Source: an uncultured Clostridia bacterium (GTDB taxonomy: Bacteria > Bacillota > Clostridia > TANB77 > CAG-508). From it: a DNA stretch of 56,887 bases. Each line of letters begins with the position of its first letter. The stretch's first letter is position 1. The stretch lies in the NCBI GenBank assembly GCA_947627755.1, contig CANQXD010000005.1:1-56887 (forward strand). Direction: 5' to 3'. Below are positions 20,327 through 29,470 of the stretch, in pieces. The position numbers and the translations under genes were made by a program. Below the pieces are notes generated by a model that was not told the DNA's origin, searched no databases, and was given only the letters and a program-made list of their open reading frames with translations.

Positions 20327-20355
20327 TTGACACAAAAATTAAGAGAATATATAAT
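20327..20355 (+). promoter_or_regulatory. Sigma-A type promoter of the pilin-like gene
   Basis: TTGACA, 17 nt, TATAAT. Confidence 0.6.
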
Positions 20356-20447
20356 TTAAAAAAAAGTAGTAACTGATAGACATAAAAATGTTTATCAGCT
20401 ATAAAAAAAGTAAAAAATAAAATTACGAAAGTTAGAAAGGAGAAATT

Positions 20448-22028
20448 ATGAACATAAGAAAAAGCAAAGGTATAACATTAATATCATTAGTAGTAACAAT
20501 AATAATATTAATAATATTAGCAGGCGTAAGTATAAATTTAGTTTTAGGAGAAAATGGTTTATTTAATATGGCAAAAAACGCCGTAAAGCAAACAGACATG
20601 GCTAGCATAAAGGAAAAAATACAAACAGAAATACTAGAAGAACAACTAAATAATGAAGGTAATATAACAAATGATACTCTAAAAGAAATATTAGAAAGTT
20701 ATGGGGAATTATCAAATGAAGAAAATATACTAGATAGAACGTTAACTACATCAGAAGGAAACTATGCAATAAAAGTATCAGAAATATTTACAGGAACAAC
20801 AGTAAAAGATCCTATCATAGAAGATGAAAGTGGAGCATCAAAGCCAAATGTAAGGAAAATATCACAAAAAACATATGTAACATGGGAATTAAATGAAGCT
20901 AAAACACAATATGAAATGAAAGAAAAGCAAACAGTAGCACCAGACTACTGGTATGACTATGAAAACGGAAAATGGGCAAATATAAAAACAAGTCAAAATG
21001 GACTAGAAGCATATTGGGTATGGATACCAAGATATGAGTATAAAGTTCCAACAAATACTACGGCAGAGCAAATAGAAGTAAAATTTATAGATAAAACAAA
21101 AACAACTCCAGATGAAGGTTACACAATCCACCCAGTATTTACAAATGCAGGAAATGGTGGTTTTGGAGAATTAGATGGAATATGGGTAGCAAAATTTGAA
21201 ACAGTAAGTAGTTCACCAAAAGCAGAAAATGGTGGAGGAGCTGATGAAAGTTTAAAAGTACAAGTAATTCCAAATCAACCAAGCTGGAGAGGATTGAGCG
21301 ACAAAGGTGGAATTGCATTCAAAGCATGTAGAAACATGACCAATAGTGGAGGAGTATTAGAAGGCTCAAAAGTAGATAGCCATATGATGAAAAATACAGA
21401 ATGGGGAGCAGTAGCCATATTAAGCCAAAGTAAATATGGTGTATATAACCCAGAAAGTCTTAATGGTGAAAAAGGAGATAAAGAATATCAAATATGGAAT
21501 AATCCAAGTACAGAATATATAACAGGATGTGTAGGACCAGATAAAGATAGTTATTATTATCACAAGGAAGGCGAAAAACAAGTACAAACAGAACCATATA
21601 ATTCTGCAAATGGACCAAAAGCAAGTACAACAGGAACAATATATGGTATATATGATATGGCAGGAGGAACTATGGAAGTTGTTGCTGGAATAATGAAAGG
21701 ACAGGAAGATGATTTAGAATATGCAAAATCTATGTTCAATATAGAAGACCAAGCAATACCAGAAGGAATGACAACTGAAGATTTTGCAAAAAAATATATT
21801 GATTTATATGAATATTATGGCTATACTGTAGATGGAGATAATATAGTTGGAGATGCACAAAAAGAAACACAAAATTGGAATTCAGATTATAGTGGTTATC
21901 TAAATACTACGTATCCTATATTTGCTAGAGGCTATGGCGGTATAGGTGCTGGATGTGGAATATTTGCATTCGACAATGTTGTATTTGGAGAAAGTGGTAC
22001 TTTTAGAGCAATAATGATACCACAATAA
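20448..22028 (+). CDS. Prepilin-type N-terminal domain protein with a large C-terminal domain (FGE-sulfatase/SUMF1-like motifs)
   Basis: N-terminus RKSKG/ITLISLVVTIIILIILAGVSI is a class III (prepilin) signal, with Ser instead of Glu at +5. NTEWGAVAILSQSKYG and GIYDMAGGTMEVVAG resemble FGE-sulfatase fold motifs, from memory. Confidence 0.55.
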   Translation: MNIRKSKGITLISLVVTIIILIILAGVSINLVLGENGLFNMAKNAVKQTDMASIKEKIQTEILEEQLNNEGNITNDTLKEILESYGELSNEENILDRTLTTSEGNYAIKVSEIFTGTTVKDPIIEDESGASKPNVRKISQKTYVTWELNEAKTQYEMKEKQTVAPDYWYDYENGKWANIKTSQNGLEAYWVWIPRYEYKVPTNTTAEQIEVKFIDKTKTTPDEGYTIHPVFTNAGNGGFGELDGIWVAKFETVSSSPKAENGGGADESLKVQVIPNQPSWRGLSDKGGIAFKACRNMTNSGGVLEGSKVDSHMMKNTEWGAVAILSQSKYGVYNPESLNGEKGDKEYQIWNNPSTEYITGCVGPDKDSYYYHKEGEKQVQTEPYNSANGPKASTTGTIYGIYDMAGGTMEVVAGIMKGQEDDLEYAKSMFNIEDQAIPEGMTTEDFAKKYIDLYEYYGYTVDGDNIVGDAQKETQNWNSDYSGYLNTTYPIFARGYGGIGAGCGIFAFDNVVFGESGTFRAIMIPQ

Positions 22029-22046
22029 AAAAGAAGAAGAGCAAAA

Positions 22047-22095
22047 GGGACGCCCCTTTTCGTTCCATTTTGGAACGTTGGGGACACCCCTTTTT
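22047..22095 (+). repeat. GGGGAC-core repeat, type B copy 3
   Basis: gggacgcccc-tttt-cgttcc-atttt-ggaacg-tt-ggggacacccc then ttttt. Also shares the preceding acaataaaaaagaa (including the stop codon) with copy 1. Confidence 0.8.
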
Positions 22096-22137
22096 ATTTT
22101 TACTTTCCAAATCTTTCCTAAAAATACAAAACAACTA

Positions 22138-22167
22138 TTGACAAAAAACCATATTTTAAGATATAAT
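22138..22167 (+). promoter_or_regulatory. rpsU promoter
   Basis: TTGACA, 17-18 nt, TATAAT. Confidence 0.6.
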
Positions 22168-22239
22168 ACGTAACGTATCAAGAAAAATACATATCCCGCA
22201 CAAAGAAAGTGTAGTTACCGGAAGGAGGGGAATATTTAA

Positions 22240-22410
22240 ATGTCAGAGATAAAAGTTAATAATGGAAATATAGAAGATGCCTTAAAAAGATTTAAAAGAC
22301 AATGCGCAAGAAATGGCGTATTGCAAGAGGTACGTAAAAGAGAACACTATGAAAAACCAAGCGTAAAAAGAAAGAAAAAATCAGAGGCAGCAAGAAAAAG
22401 AAAATTTTAA
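22240..22410 (+). CDS. rpsU: 30S ribosomal protein S21
   Basis: 56-aa ORF absent from the ORF track: [59 protein letters not shown] ggaaggagggg. Confidence 0.9.
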   Translation: MSEIKVNNGNIEDALKRFKRQCARNGVLQEVRKREHYEKPSVKRKKKSEAARKRKF

Positions 22411-22496
22411 AATAAAAAATTAAAGTAAGAAAAGAGGTTGTAAGTTAAAGGTTAGAAATAAGCTATAATTTTCAACCTTTTTTATTTTTAGTACTA

Positions 22497-22544
22497 GGTA
22501 CCATTGGGGACGTTTCCTTTTGGTAGATTTGTCACTTTTGGTAC
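22497..22544 (-). repeat. GGGGAC-core repeat, type A copy 2 (inverted orientation)
   Basis: ggtaccattggggacgtttccttttggtagatttgtcacttttggtac is the reverse complement of the type A consensus. Confidence 0.75.
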
Positions 22545-22574
22545 ATTACTAAATTTTATAATTTATAATAAATA

Positions 22575-22619
22575 CCCATTAGGGACAGATATACCAAAAG
22601 GAAACGTCCCTAATGGTAC
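22575..22619 (+). repeat. GGGGAC-core repeat, type A copy 3
   Basis: ccattagggac-agatataccaaaaggaaac-gtccctaatgg, a perfect 11-bp stem. Ends 18 nt before the yqeY start. Confidence 0.8.
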
Positions 22620-22637
22620 AATAAAGGGAGGAAAAAA

Positions 22638-23078
22638 ATGTTAAAAGAAAAATTATTAGAAGATATGAAAATATCTATGAGAGACAAAAATGTTATAAGA
22701 AAAAATGTAATTCAAATGGTAAGAGCAGCAATATTACAAGTAGAAAAAGATAAACAAATCGAATTAAATGACGACCAAATTTTAGAAATCATAGCAAAAG
22801 AATCTAAAAAGAGAAAAGATGCATTAGCAGACTATGAAAAAAGTGGAAGAGAAGATTTAATTCAAGCAATCAATCAAGAAATAGATATTCTAGCAGAATA
22901 CTTACCAAAACCATTATCAAAAGAAGAAATAGAAAAAATCGTAGAAGAAATAATATCTAGCGTAGGAGCTACTTCTATGAAAGAAATGGGAATAGTTATG
23001 AAAGAAGCAAAAGCCAAAATAGGACCTGCAGCAGATGGAAAAACTATAAATGAAATTGTAAAAGAAAAACTAAGTTAG
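22638..23078 (+). CDS. yqeY: GatB/YqeY domain protein
   Basis: LKEKLLEDMKISMRDKN..RAAILQVEKD..EYLPKPLSKEEIE..MGIVMKE. Conserved rpsU-yqeY gene order. Confidence 0.85.
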   Translation: MLKEKLLEDMKISMRDKNVIRKNVIQMVRAAILQVEKDKQIELNDDQILEIIAKESKKRKDALADYEKSGREDLIQAINQEIDILAEYLPKPLSKEEIEKIVEEIISSVGATSMKEMGIVMKEAKAKIGPAADGKTINEIVKEKLS

Positions 23079-23084
23079 TAAAAA

Positions 23085-23128
23085 AATCAGTAATAGAACG
23101 TTAAAAATGTACTATTACTGATTTTTTT
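23085..23128 (+). terminator. Rho-independent terminator
   Basis: aatcagtaatag / ctattactgatt stem followed by a T-run. Confidence 0.75.
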
Positions 23129-23242
23129 GTATTTATAACTAAATAAAAAATAAAATAATACATCTTGTATAAATCTTCCATTTTGTATTATAATAAGAAA
23201 AGAACAAAAACAAAATTATACCTTAGGAGGAAATAAAAAACT

Positions 23243-24505
23243 ATGAAAAATGAGAAAGTAGAAATCAAAGAAGGCATCAACTTCCACGAAATTACAACAA
23301 ACAAATTCAAAACAAATTTATTTGCAATATTCTTAACACTACCACTAACGAGAGAAAACGTAACCAAAAACGCATTATTAACAGCTGTCTTAAGAAGAGG
23401 AACAAAAAATTTACCTTCCCAAGAAGAAATAAGCAAAACGCTAGAAGAAATGTATGGAGCAGGATTTGACTGCGGTATCGAAAAATCAGGCGATTACCAT
23501 ACCATAAAATTCTATCTAGAAGTAATAAATGACCAATTCTTACCAGTGCAAGAAAACATAAGTAAAAAAGGCATGGAACTATTATTTTCCATAGCATTTA
23601 ACCCTTATGTAGAAAAAAATGCCTTCAAAGAAGAATATGTAGCGCAAGAAAAAGAAAACTTAAAACAAATCATAGAGGGAAAAATAGACAACAAAGCAAG
23701 CTATGCACAAGAAAGATGCATTGAAGAAATGTATGAAAACAAACCTTATGGACTATATAAATATGGCTATATTGAAGACTTACAAAACATCACAGCTCAA
23801 AACTTATATGAACATTATTTAGAAGTAATACAAAACTGTAAAATAGACATCTTTGCCTCTGGAGAATTCCAAGAAAAAATGCAAAACATTGTAGAAAACA
23901 ACGCAGAAATCGAAAAACTAAACCCTAGAAAAATAAATTTAGAAATTAAAGACAAAAAAGAAGAAAAACAAGAACCAAAAATCATTACAGACAACATGGA
24001 AGTAACACAAGGAAAATTAGTTATTGGATACGATGTCATTTCAAACAAAGAAAATTTAAGCTATATTGCTATGGTATGCAATACCATATTAGGAGTAGGA
24101 GCAAACTCCAAACTATTCCAAAATGTAAGAGAAAAAGCAAGCCTAGCATACACTTGTGGTTCAAGCTATATAAAAAGAAAACAAACAGTATTCATAAAAG
24201 CAGGAATAGAAATTCAAAACTATGAAAAAGCGCTAGAAATAATCAAACAACAAGTAGAAGATATGAAACAAGGAAAATTTGAAAATGAAGATATTGAAAG
24301 TGCAAAAAACTTAATTTATGCTACTATTTATAATATAGAAGAAGAACAAGACACCGAAATAAGTTACTACTTTGGTCAAGAACTAGCAAAGCAAAATGTA
24401 AGTATTGAAGAATACAAGAAAAAAATAGAAGAAGTAAGCAAAGAACAAATTATAGAAGTAGCAAACCAAATGAAACTCAACACCATTTATTTCTTAAGAG
24501 ATTAA
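23243..24505 (+). CDS. M16-family (insulinase-like) peptidase subunit, no HxxEH seen
   Basis: 420 aa, paired with the next gene. YmfF/YmfH-like arrangement. Confidence 0.7.
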   Translation: MKNEKVEIKEGINFHEITTNKFKTNLFAIFLTLPLTRENVTKNALLTAVLRRGTKNLPSQEEISKTLEEMYGAGFDCGIEKSGDYHTIKFYLEVINDQFLPVQENISKKGMELLFSIAFNPYVEKNAFKEEYVAQEKENLKQIIEGKIDNKASYAQERCIEEMYENKPYGLYKYGYIEDLQNITAQNLYEHYLEVIQNCKIDIFASGEFQEKMQNIVENNAEIEKLNPRKINLEIKDKKEEKQEPKIITDNMEVTQGKLVIGYDVISNKENLSYIAMVCNTILGVGANSKLFQNVREKASLAYTCGSSYIKRKQTVFIKAGIEIQNYEKALEIIKQQVEDMKQGKFENEDIESAKNLIYATIYNIEEEQDTEISYYFGQELAKQNVSIEEYKKKIEEVSKEQIIEVANQMKLNTIYFLRD

Positions 24506-24617
24506 AATGCAAAAATCAAAATTAGATATTGGAAACAAAAATAAAAAAGAAAAAATAATTATGAAAATCGATCAAAAATAAATCATTAAACACATTTTAA
24601 CAAAACGAGGAGGAAAA

Positions 24618-25886
24618 ATGAAAGTTATAGAAAGCCTTAAAATAAAGGAAAAAGTATATATTGAAAAATTAGAAAATGGCTTAACAATAATGCTTGTGCC
24701 AAAAGAAACCACAAATAAAAAATACGTTATGTGGGCAACACACTTTGGATCAATAGACAACCACTTTATAATGCCAGAAACCAAAGAAGAAGTATATGTA
24801 CCAGATGGGGTTGCTCACTTCTTAGAGCATAAAATGTTTGAACAACCAAATGGAACAAATAGCTTAGACACACTAATGGCCCTAGGAGTAGATGCAAACG
24901 CATACACTACCAACAATCACACAGCATATCTATTTGAAACAACAGAACATTTCATAGAAGCACTAAACGAACTAATGGATTATGTACAACATCCATACTT
25001 TACAGACCAAAATGTAGAAAAAGAAAAAGGAATTATTGGTCAAGAAATAGGTATGTATGACGACGACCCAGGTTGGCAATTATATATGAATGCGCTAGAT
25101 TGCTTATACAAAGAAAATGCCATAAAAATAGACATAGCAGGAACAGTAGAATCAATAAGCAAAATAGATAAAGACGTTCTATATAAATGCTATAACACAT
25201 TTTACCATCCATCTAACATGGTAATGGTAATATGCGGAAACTTTAAACCAGAAGAAATGCTAGAAGAAATAAAGAAAAGACTAATAGAAAAGCCAAAACA
25301 AGGAGAAATAAAAAGAATATATGCTATGCAAGAAAACGACATCCATAAACCATACAAAGAAACTTCAATGGAAGTAAGCATGCCACTTTTCATGATAGGC
25401 TTTAAAGATAGCTTAGAACAAGAAAACAAAGTACAAAAACATATAGCTATTGAAATATTAATGAATATGTTTATAGGAAAAAGTTCTCCACTATACCAAA
25501 AGCTATATCAAGAAGGAATCTTACTAGCACAACCAGATTTAGACTACGAATTTACAAACGATTATGCACACGTTTTAATATCTGGACAATCAAAAAATCC
25601 ACAAAAAATACAAGAAGAATTACTAAAAGAAATCCAAAAACAAAAAGAACAATTTGATGAAGAACATTTTGAAAGAATGAAAAAGAAAGTATATGGTGAT
25701 TATGTAGTAGAATACAACAATATATCTGACATTGCCCGCATATTATTATCAGATTACTTTAAAGGAATAAACTCATTTGACTATATAGAACAATTTCAAA
25801 CAGTAACAGCAGAATATACCAAACAAATTTTGCAAGAAGTGTTTGACGAAAAAAAGTGTATTTTGTCAGTTGTAAAAACAAAATAG
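24618..25886 (+). CDS. M16-family zinc peptidase
   Basis: GVAHFLEHKMFE (HxxEH) motif. 422 aa. Confidence 0.8.
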   Translation: MKVIESLKIKEKVYIEKLENGLTIMLVPKETTNKKYVMWATHFGSIDNHFIMPETKEEVYVPDGVAHFLEHKMFEQPNGTNSLDTLMALGVDANAYTTNNHTAYLFETTEHFIEALNELMDYVQHPYFTDQNVEKEKGIIGQEIGMYDDDPGWQLYMNALDCLYKENAIKIDIAGTVESISKIDKDVLYKCYNTFYHPSNMVMVICGNFKPEEMLEEIKKRLIEKPKQGEIKRIYAMQENDIHKPYKETSMEVSMPLFMIGFKDSLEQENKVQKHIAIEILMNMFIGKSSPLYQKLYQEGILLAQPDLDYEFTNDYAHVLISGQSKNPQKIQEELLKEIQKQKEQFDEEHFERMKKKVYGDYVVEYNNISDIARILLSDYFKGINSFDYIEQFQTVTAEYTKQILQEVFDEKKCILSVVKTK

Positions 25887-26043
25887 AAAAATCTGTCGAA
25901 ATATAAAAGAAAACATAAAAAAATGACATACGAAAGTTTAAAAAAACACCGAAAAATAGGTGTTTTTTTATTGACTAAAATGTAAAAATATGGTAGTTTA
26001 TAATTAGTACTAAAGAAAAAAGATAAAAAAAGGGAGGGGTTAT

Positions 26044-26235
26044 ATGTTAAATGATGAAATTTGTAAATTAAGAGACAAATTAAACGAAAGCATAATAAGT
26101 GGGCAAGATTATACGGTAACATATAAGCTTAGCATTGAACTTGATGAACTTATTGCAAAATACTATCGAACAGGAAAAAACGAAAAAACAAAAGAAAAAA
26201 GAACTACTCAAAAAGACTGCATTCTAACTCCTTAA
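26044..26235 (+). CDS. Spo0E-like sporulation regulatory phosphatase
   Basis: 63 aa. ICKLRDKLNESI..YKLSIELDELIAKYY matches the Spo0E-family helical hairpin pattern. Confidence 0.6.
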   Translation: MLNDEICKLRDKLNESIISGQDYTVTYKLSIELDELIAKYYRTGKNEKTKEKRTTQKDCILTP

Positions 26236-26277
26236 AAATAATTTCTATACAATTTCTAACTACATTAAAATAAAAAG

Positions 26278-26303
26278 ATTCCCAAATTTGTGGGAATTTT
26301 TTT
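26278..26303 (+). terminator. Rho-independent terminator
   Basis: attccca / tgggaat stem followed by T6. Confidence 0.7.
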
Positions 26304-26311
26304 ATGATAAG

Positions 26312-26340
26312 TTGAAAAATGAAAAAAAATAAAGTATAAT
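26312..26340 (+). promoter_or_regulatory. Promoter of the T4SS-like operon
   Basis: TTGAAA, 17 nt, TATAAT. The surrounding about 35 nt are near-duplicated at 27315-27350. Confidence 0.55.
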
Positions 26341-26370
26341 AAAAATAGAAGAAAAAAAGTGGAGGAAAAA

Positions 26371-26724
26371 ATGAAAGCAAGAAAAAAGATAATGTATATA
26401 ATACTAATCATTCTAGTTAGCATATCAAGTATTAGCATAGCAACTGTTGATCCAAATAATTATGATCCAAGGCCTTCATTAAATAGTCAAGATTATGAAG
26501 AAGTACTTAATATGGTAGGAACAATAGTTGGAGCTATTACAAGTGTAGGCACTGTAATTTCTGTTATGATGGTAATCATACTAGGTATAAAATATATGAT
26601 GGGAAGTATAGAAGAAAAAGCAGAGTATAAAAAGAGTATGATACCAATGTTCATTGGTGCTATTTTACTATTTGCTGGTTCTACTATAGTATCTATCATA
26701 TACAGATTAGTTGAACAATTATAA
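26371..26724 (+). CDS. VirB2/TrbC-like pilin paralog 1
   Basis: Signal peptide, then two hydrophobic helices separated by the charged loop KYMMGSIEEKAEYKKSMIP. ATG at 26371 follows ggagga. Confidence 0.6.
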   Translation: MKARKKIMYIILIILVSISSISIATVDPNNYDPRPSLNSQDYEEVLNMVGTIVGAITSVGTVISVMMVIILGIKYMMGSIEEKAEYKKSMIPMFIGAILLFAGSTIVSIIYRLVEQL

Positions 26725-26743
26725 AAAATAAGGAGAACAAACA

Positions 26744-27241
26744 ATGAAACAATGTATAAAAATAATAGGAATAGGATGCATTCTTTTAATACTTTTCTCT
26801 ATGCAAGTAACATTAGGAGCACAAAAAGGACAATCCACTACAGAAAAGATAGAACGAGATAGCGTAGATTATACTGCAGGAGCACAAAAAGGACAATCCA
26901 CTACAGAAAAAATAGAACGAGATAGTGTAGATCATACGGCAGGAGAAATTATTAGTGAATCAAAAGAATTTATTAATACAGGAGAAAATTCAGGAAATCC
27001 AGCCATTAGTGAAGAAAATATGCAAAAATTATCAAATACCATTTATAATATTTTATTAGTTGTAGGAATTGCACTTGCGGTTGTTATTGGAGCAATACTA
27101 GGAATTAAGTTTATTACTGGTGGTGTCGAAGCACAAGTAGATGTTAAAAAAGCATTAATACCGTATATTGTAGGTTGTGTTGTTATTTTTGGTGCATTTA
27201 CTATTTGGAAAATTGTACTACAAATATTAAATGCAATGTAA
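26744..27241 (+). CDS. VirB2/TrbC-like pilin paralog 2, with an extended N-terminal region
   Basis: Signal peptide, a duplicated 21-aa segment, then a two-helix C-terminal module (GIKFITGGVEAQVDVKKALIPYIVG). Confidence 0.55.
   Translation: MKQCIKIIGIGCILLILFSMQVTLGAQKGQSTTEKIERDSVDYTAGAQKGQSTTEKIERDSVDHTAGEIISESKEFINTGENSGNPAISEENMQKLSNTIYNILLVVGIALAVVIGAILGIKFITGGVEAQVDVKKALIPYIVGCVVIFGAFTIWKIVLQILNAM
26816..26941 (+). repeat. 63-bp tandem duplication (2 copies) inside pilin paralog 2
   Basis: ggagcacaaaaaggacaatccactacagaaaa(g/a)atagaacgagatag(c/t)gtagat(t/c)atac(t/g)gca twice, encoding GAQKGQSTTEKIERDSVD(Y/H)TA. Confidence 0.9.
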
Positions 27242-27315
27242 ATGTAAAGAATACAAAAATAAACAAGGCATTAATTCCTAAAATATGAAAAAAAGGAAAA
27301 AAAACGAAAAAACAG

Positions 27316-27344
27316 TTGAAAAATAAAAAAAAGTATTGTATAAT
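27316..27344 (+). promoter_or_regulatory. Internal promoter in front of pilin paralog 3
   Basis: TTGAAA, 17 nt, TATAAT with an upstream TG (extended -10). Confidence 0.55.
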
Positions 27345-27377
27345 AAAAATTAGTAAATAAAGAGGAGGAAAATTTAT

Positions 27378-27758
27378 ATGAAAAAACAAGTAAAAATAAT
27401 ATCTGCTTTATTAATTGTTGTATCAGTTTTAGCAACATTAACAAATATAGCAATGGCTACTGATGTTCCAGGAATGCTAGGAACTATTGCACAAGGAAAT
27501 ACTAATGCTAATGTATCTGGAGTAACTAACTTAGGTGCTACTATCGTAACTATTATGCAAACAGTAGGTATTGTTGTAGCAGTTGTTATTCTATTAGTAT
27601 TAGGTGTTAAATACATGATTGGTAGTGCGGAAGAAAAAGCAGAATATAAGAAAACTATGATTCCATATATTGTAGGTGCTATTTTAATTTTTGCATCAAC
27701 TACAATAGTAAACATTGTATGGCAAATTGCTAATAGTGTAGGCTCTACTACAGTGTAA
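27378..27758 (+). CDS. VirB2/TrbC-like pilin paralog 3 (own promoter and terminator)
   Basis: Signal peptide ending NIAMA/TD. Two helices around KYMIGSAEEKAEYKKTMIPYIVG. RBS agaggagg. Confidence 0.6.
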   Translation: MKKQVKIISALLIVVSVLATLTNIAMATDVPGMLGTIAQGNTNANVSGVTNLGATIVTIMQTVGIVVAVVILLVLGVKYMIGSAEEKAEYKKTMIPYIVGAILIFASTTIVNIVWQIANSVGSTTV

Positions 27759-27812
27759 TAGAAAATTAGTCATTTTACAAAAATATGTCAAACATATTAC
27801 AAAAATATTAAA

Positions 27813-27837
27813 AATGCACAAAAAGTGCATTTTTTTT
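27813..27837 (+). terminator. Rho-independent terminator after pilin paralog 3
   Basis: aatgcac-aaaaa-gtgcatt followed by T7. Confidence 0.7.
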
Positions 27838-27927
27838 ATGTTTTTTGGTGCATTTTGTAACAGTTTCTGTTATAATAGTAATAGGTGTAAATAGAAGTAT
27901 AATGCAAAAAGGAGGAAACATATTCAA

Positions 27928-28275
27928 ATGGGAACTTATAACATACCAAGAAACGTAAAAGGAGAAGGAAGAATTTTGTTTATCTTTTCCATAAAAAGTT
28001 TAATCTATAGTGCTATTACAGCATTAATAGGTTTGCCATTTTATTTTATCTTCTCAGCATTGAATATGACGGTTATTGGCATTATAGCAGTAGTATTTTT
28101 TGCTCTTATAGGTTTTGTAATTGGAACATTTAAATTTCCAGAAATAGCAGGCTTAAAATTTACTAAAGCAGTAGGAGGAGAAAATATAGACGATATTATA
28201 AAAAGAGCTATTTTATTTAAGAAAAAAGGAAATAAAATATACCTAAACACTAAGGAGGAAGAAAAAAATGGATAG
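27928..28275 (+). CDS. PrgI/VirB3-like small membrane protein
   Basis: MGTYNIPRNVKGEGRILFIFSIKSLIY followed by a two-TM segment, as in Gram-positive PrgI-family T4SS proteins. Confidence 0.55.
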   Translation: MGTYNIPRNVKGEGRILFIFSIKSLIYSAITALIGLPFYFIFSALNMTVIGIIAVVFFALIGFVIGTFKFPEIAGLKFTKAVGGENIDDIIKRAILFKKKGNKIYLNTKEEEKNG

Positions 28276-29470
28276 TATTGAACTACTAACAATGATTTTA
28301 ATGATAATTTTAACAATTATGGTTGTGCTATTAATCATTTTAGCACTTGTCTATTTTAATTCTAAAGCAAAACGAAATGAACAAAAACAAGCAACAGATG
28401 AAAAAAGTGCAGAAACTAAAAGAACAAGAAAATACAAAGAATATAAAGTTGACTCAGTAATGAACTTTATGGAATTTGATACAGTTGTAGATAATATGAT
28501 ATCTCAAAAAGATGGTATGCGTTACATTATGGTAGTAGAATGCCAAGGTATTAACTATGACTTAATGTCAGAAGCAGAAAAAAATTCTGTAGAAGAAGGA
28601 TTTGTCCAATTTTTAAACACTTTAAGGCATCCTATACAGATTTATACACAAACAAGAACTATTAACTTAGATAGTAGCATTCAAACCTATAAAGAAAAAA
28701 TAAAAGAACTAGAAGAAGCTTTGCAAAAGCAAGAAGCACAATATAAGCAAATGGTAAATTCACAAAAATATACAGAAGAAGCATTAAATAGAGCTTATTT
28801 TGAACTAACAAAACAAAGAAATTTATATGAATATGGTAAAGATATTATATATAATACAGAAAAAATGAGTTTAAACAAAAATGTGTTAAGCAAAAAATAC
28901 TATGTAGTAATTCCATATTTTATAGAAGAATTAGGAGAAAATGAGTTTGATAAAGAAGAACAAAGGAATATGGCCTTTTCTGAGTTATACACAAGAACAC
29001 AATCTGTTATTAGAACATTAGGTGTTTGTGGTATCAATGCAAGAGTAATGACTTCCAATGAATTAGTAGAATTACTATATGTTGCATATAACCGTGATCA
29101 AGCAGAAGTATATGGATTAGACAAAGCGTTAAAAGCAGGTTATGATGAATTGTATTCAACAGCGCCAGATGTAGTAGATAAGCAAATGAAAGAATTAGAT
29201 AAAGAGATTGAAGAAGAAGCATTAGAAATAGCAAGAACCAAAGTTTCAGAAGCCAAAACAGAGAAACAAAAAGCACTTCAAGAAAAAAGAGAAAACAAAA
29301 GAGATTTAATTGATGAACTTGCTAAATTAATTATTGAAGAAAATACTTCTATTATTGGAGAAGATGTGGCACAAAAAGCAATTCAAAAAGTAGAAAAAGG
29401 AGGAAAAACAAAAGATGATGGCAAAACACAAAACAAAACAAAAAGAACTAGAAAAGCAAAAACAGCTTAA
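28268..29470 (+). CDS. TM-anchored coiled-coil T4SS-associated protein (unknown function)
   Basis: N-terminal TM. The segment YIMVVECQGINYDLMSEAEKNSVEEGFVQFLNTLRHPIQIY resembles N-terminal (non-ATPase) domains of Gram-positive VirB4-type proteins, from memory. Overlaps both neighbours (translational coupling). Confidence 0.4.
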   Translation: MDSIELLTMILMIILTIMVVLLIILALVYFNSKAKRNEQKQATDEKSAETKRTRKYKEYKVDSVMNFMEFDTVVDNMISQKDGMRYIMVVECQGINYDLMSEAEKNSVEEGFVQFLNTLRHPIQIYTQTRTINLDSSIQTYKEKIKELEEALQKQEAQYKQMVNSQKYTEEALNRAYFELTKQRNLYEYGKDIIYNTEKMSLNKNVLSKKYYVVIPYFIEELGENEFDKEEQRNMAFSELYTRTQSVIRTLGVCGINARVMTSNELVELLYVAYNRDQAEVYGLDKALKAGYDELYSTAPDVVDKQMKELDKEIEEEALEIARTKVSEAKTEKQKALQEKRENKRDLIDELAKLIIEENTSIIGEDVAQKAIQKVEKGGKTKDDGKTQNKTKRTRKAKTA

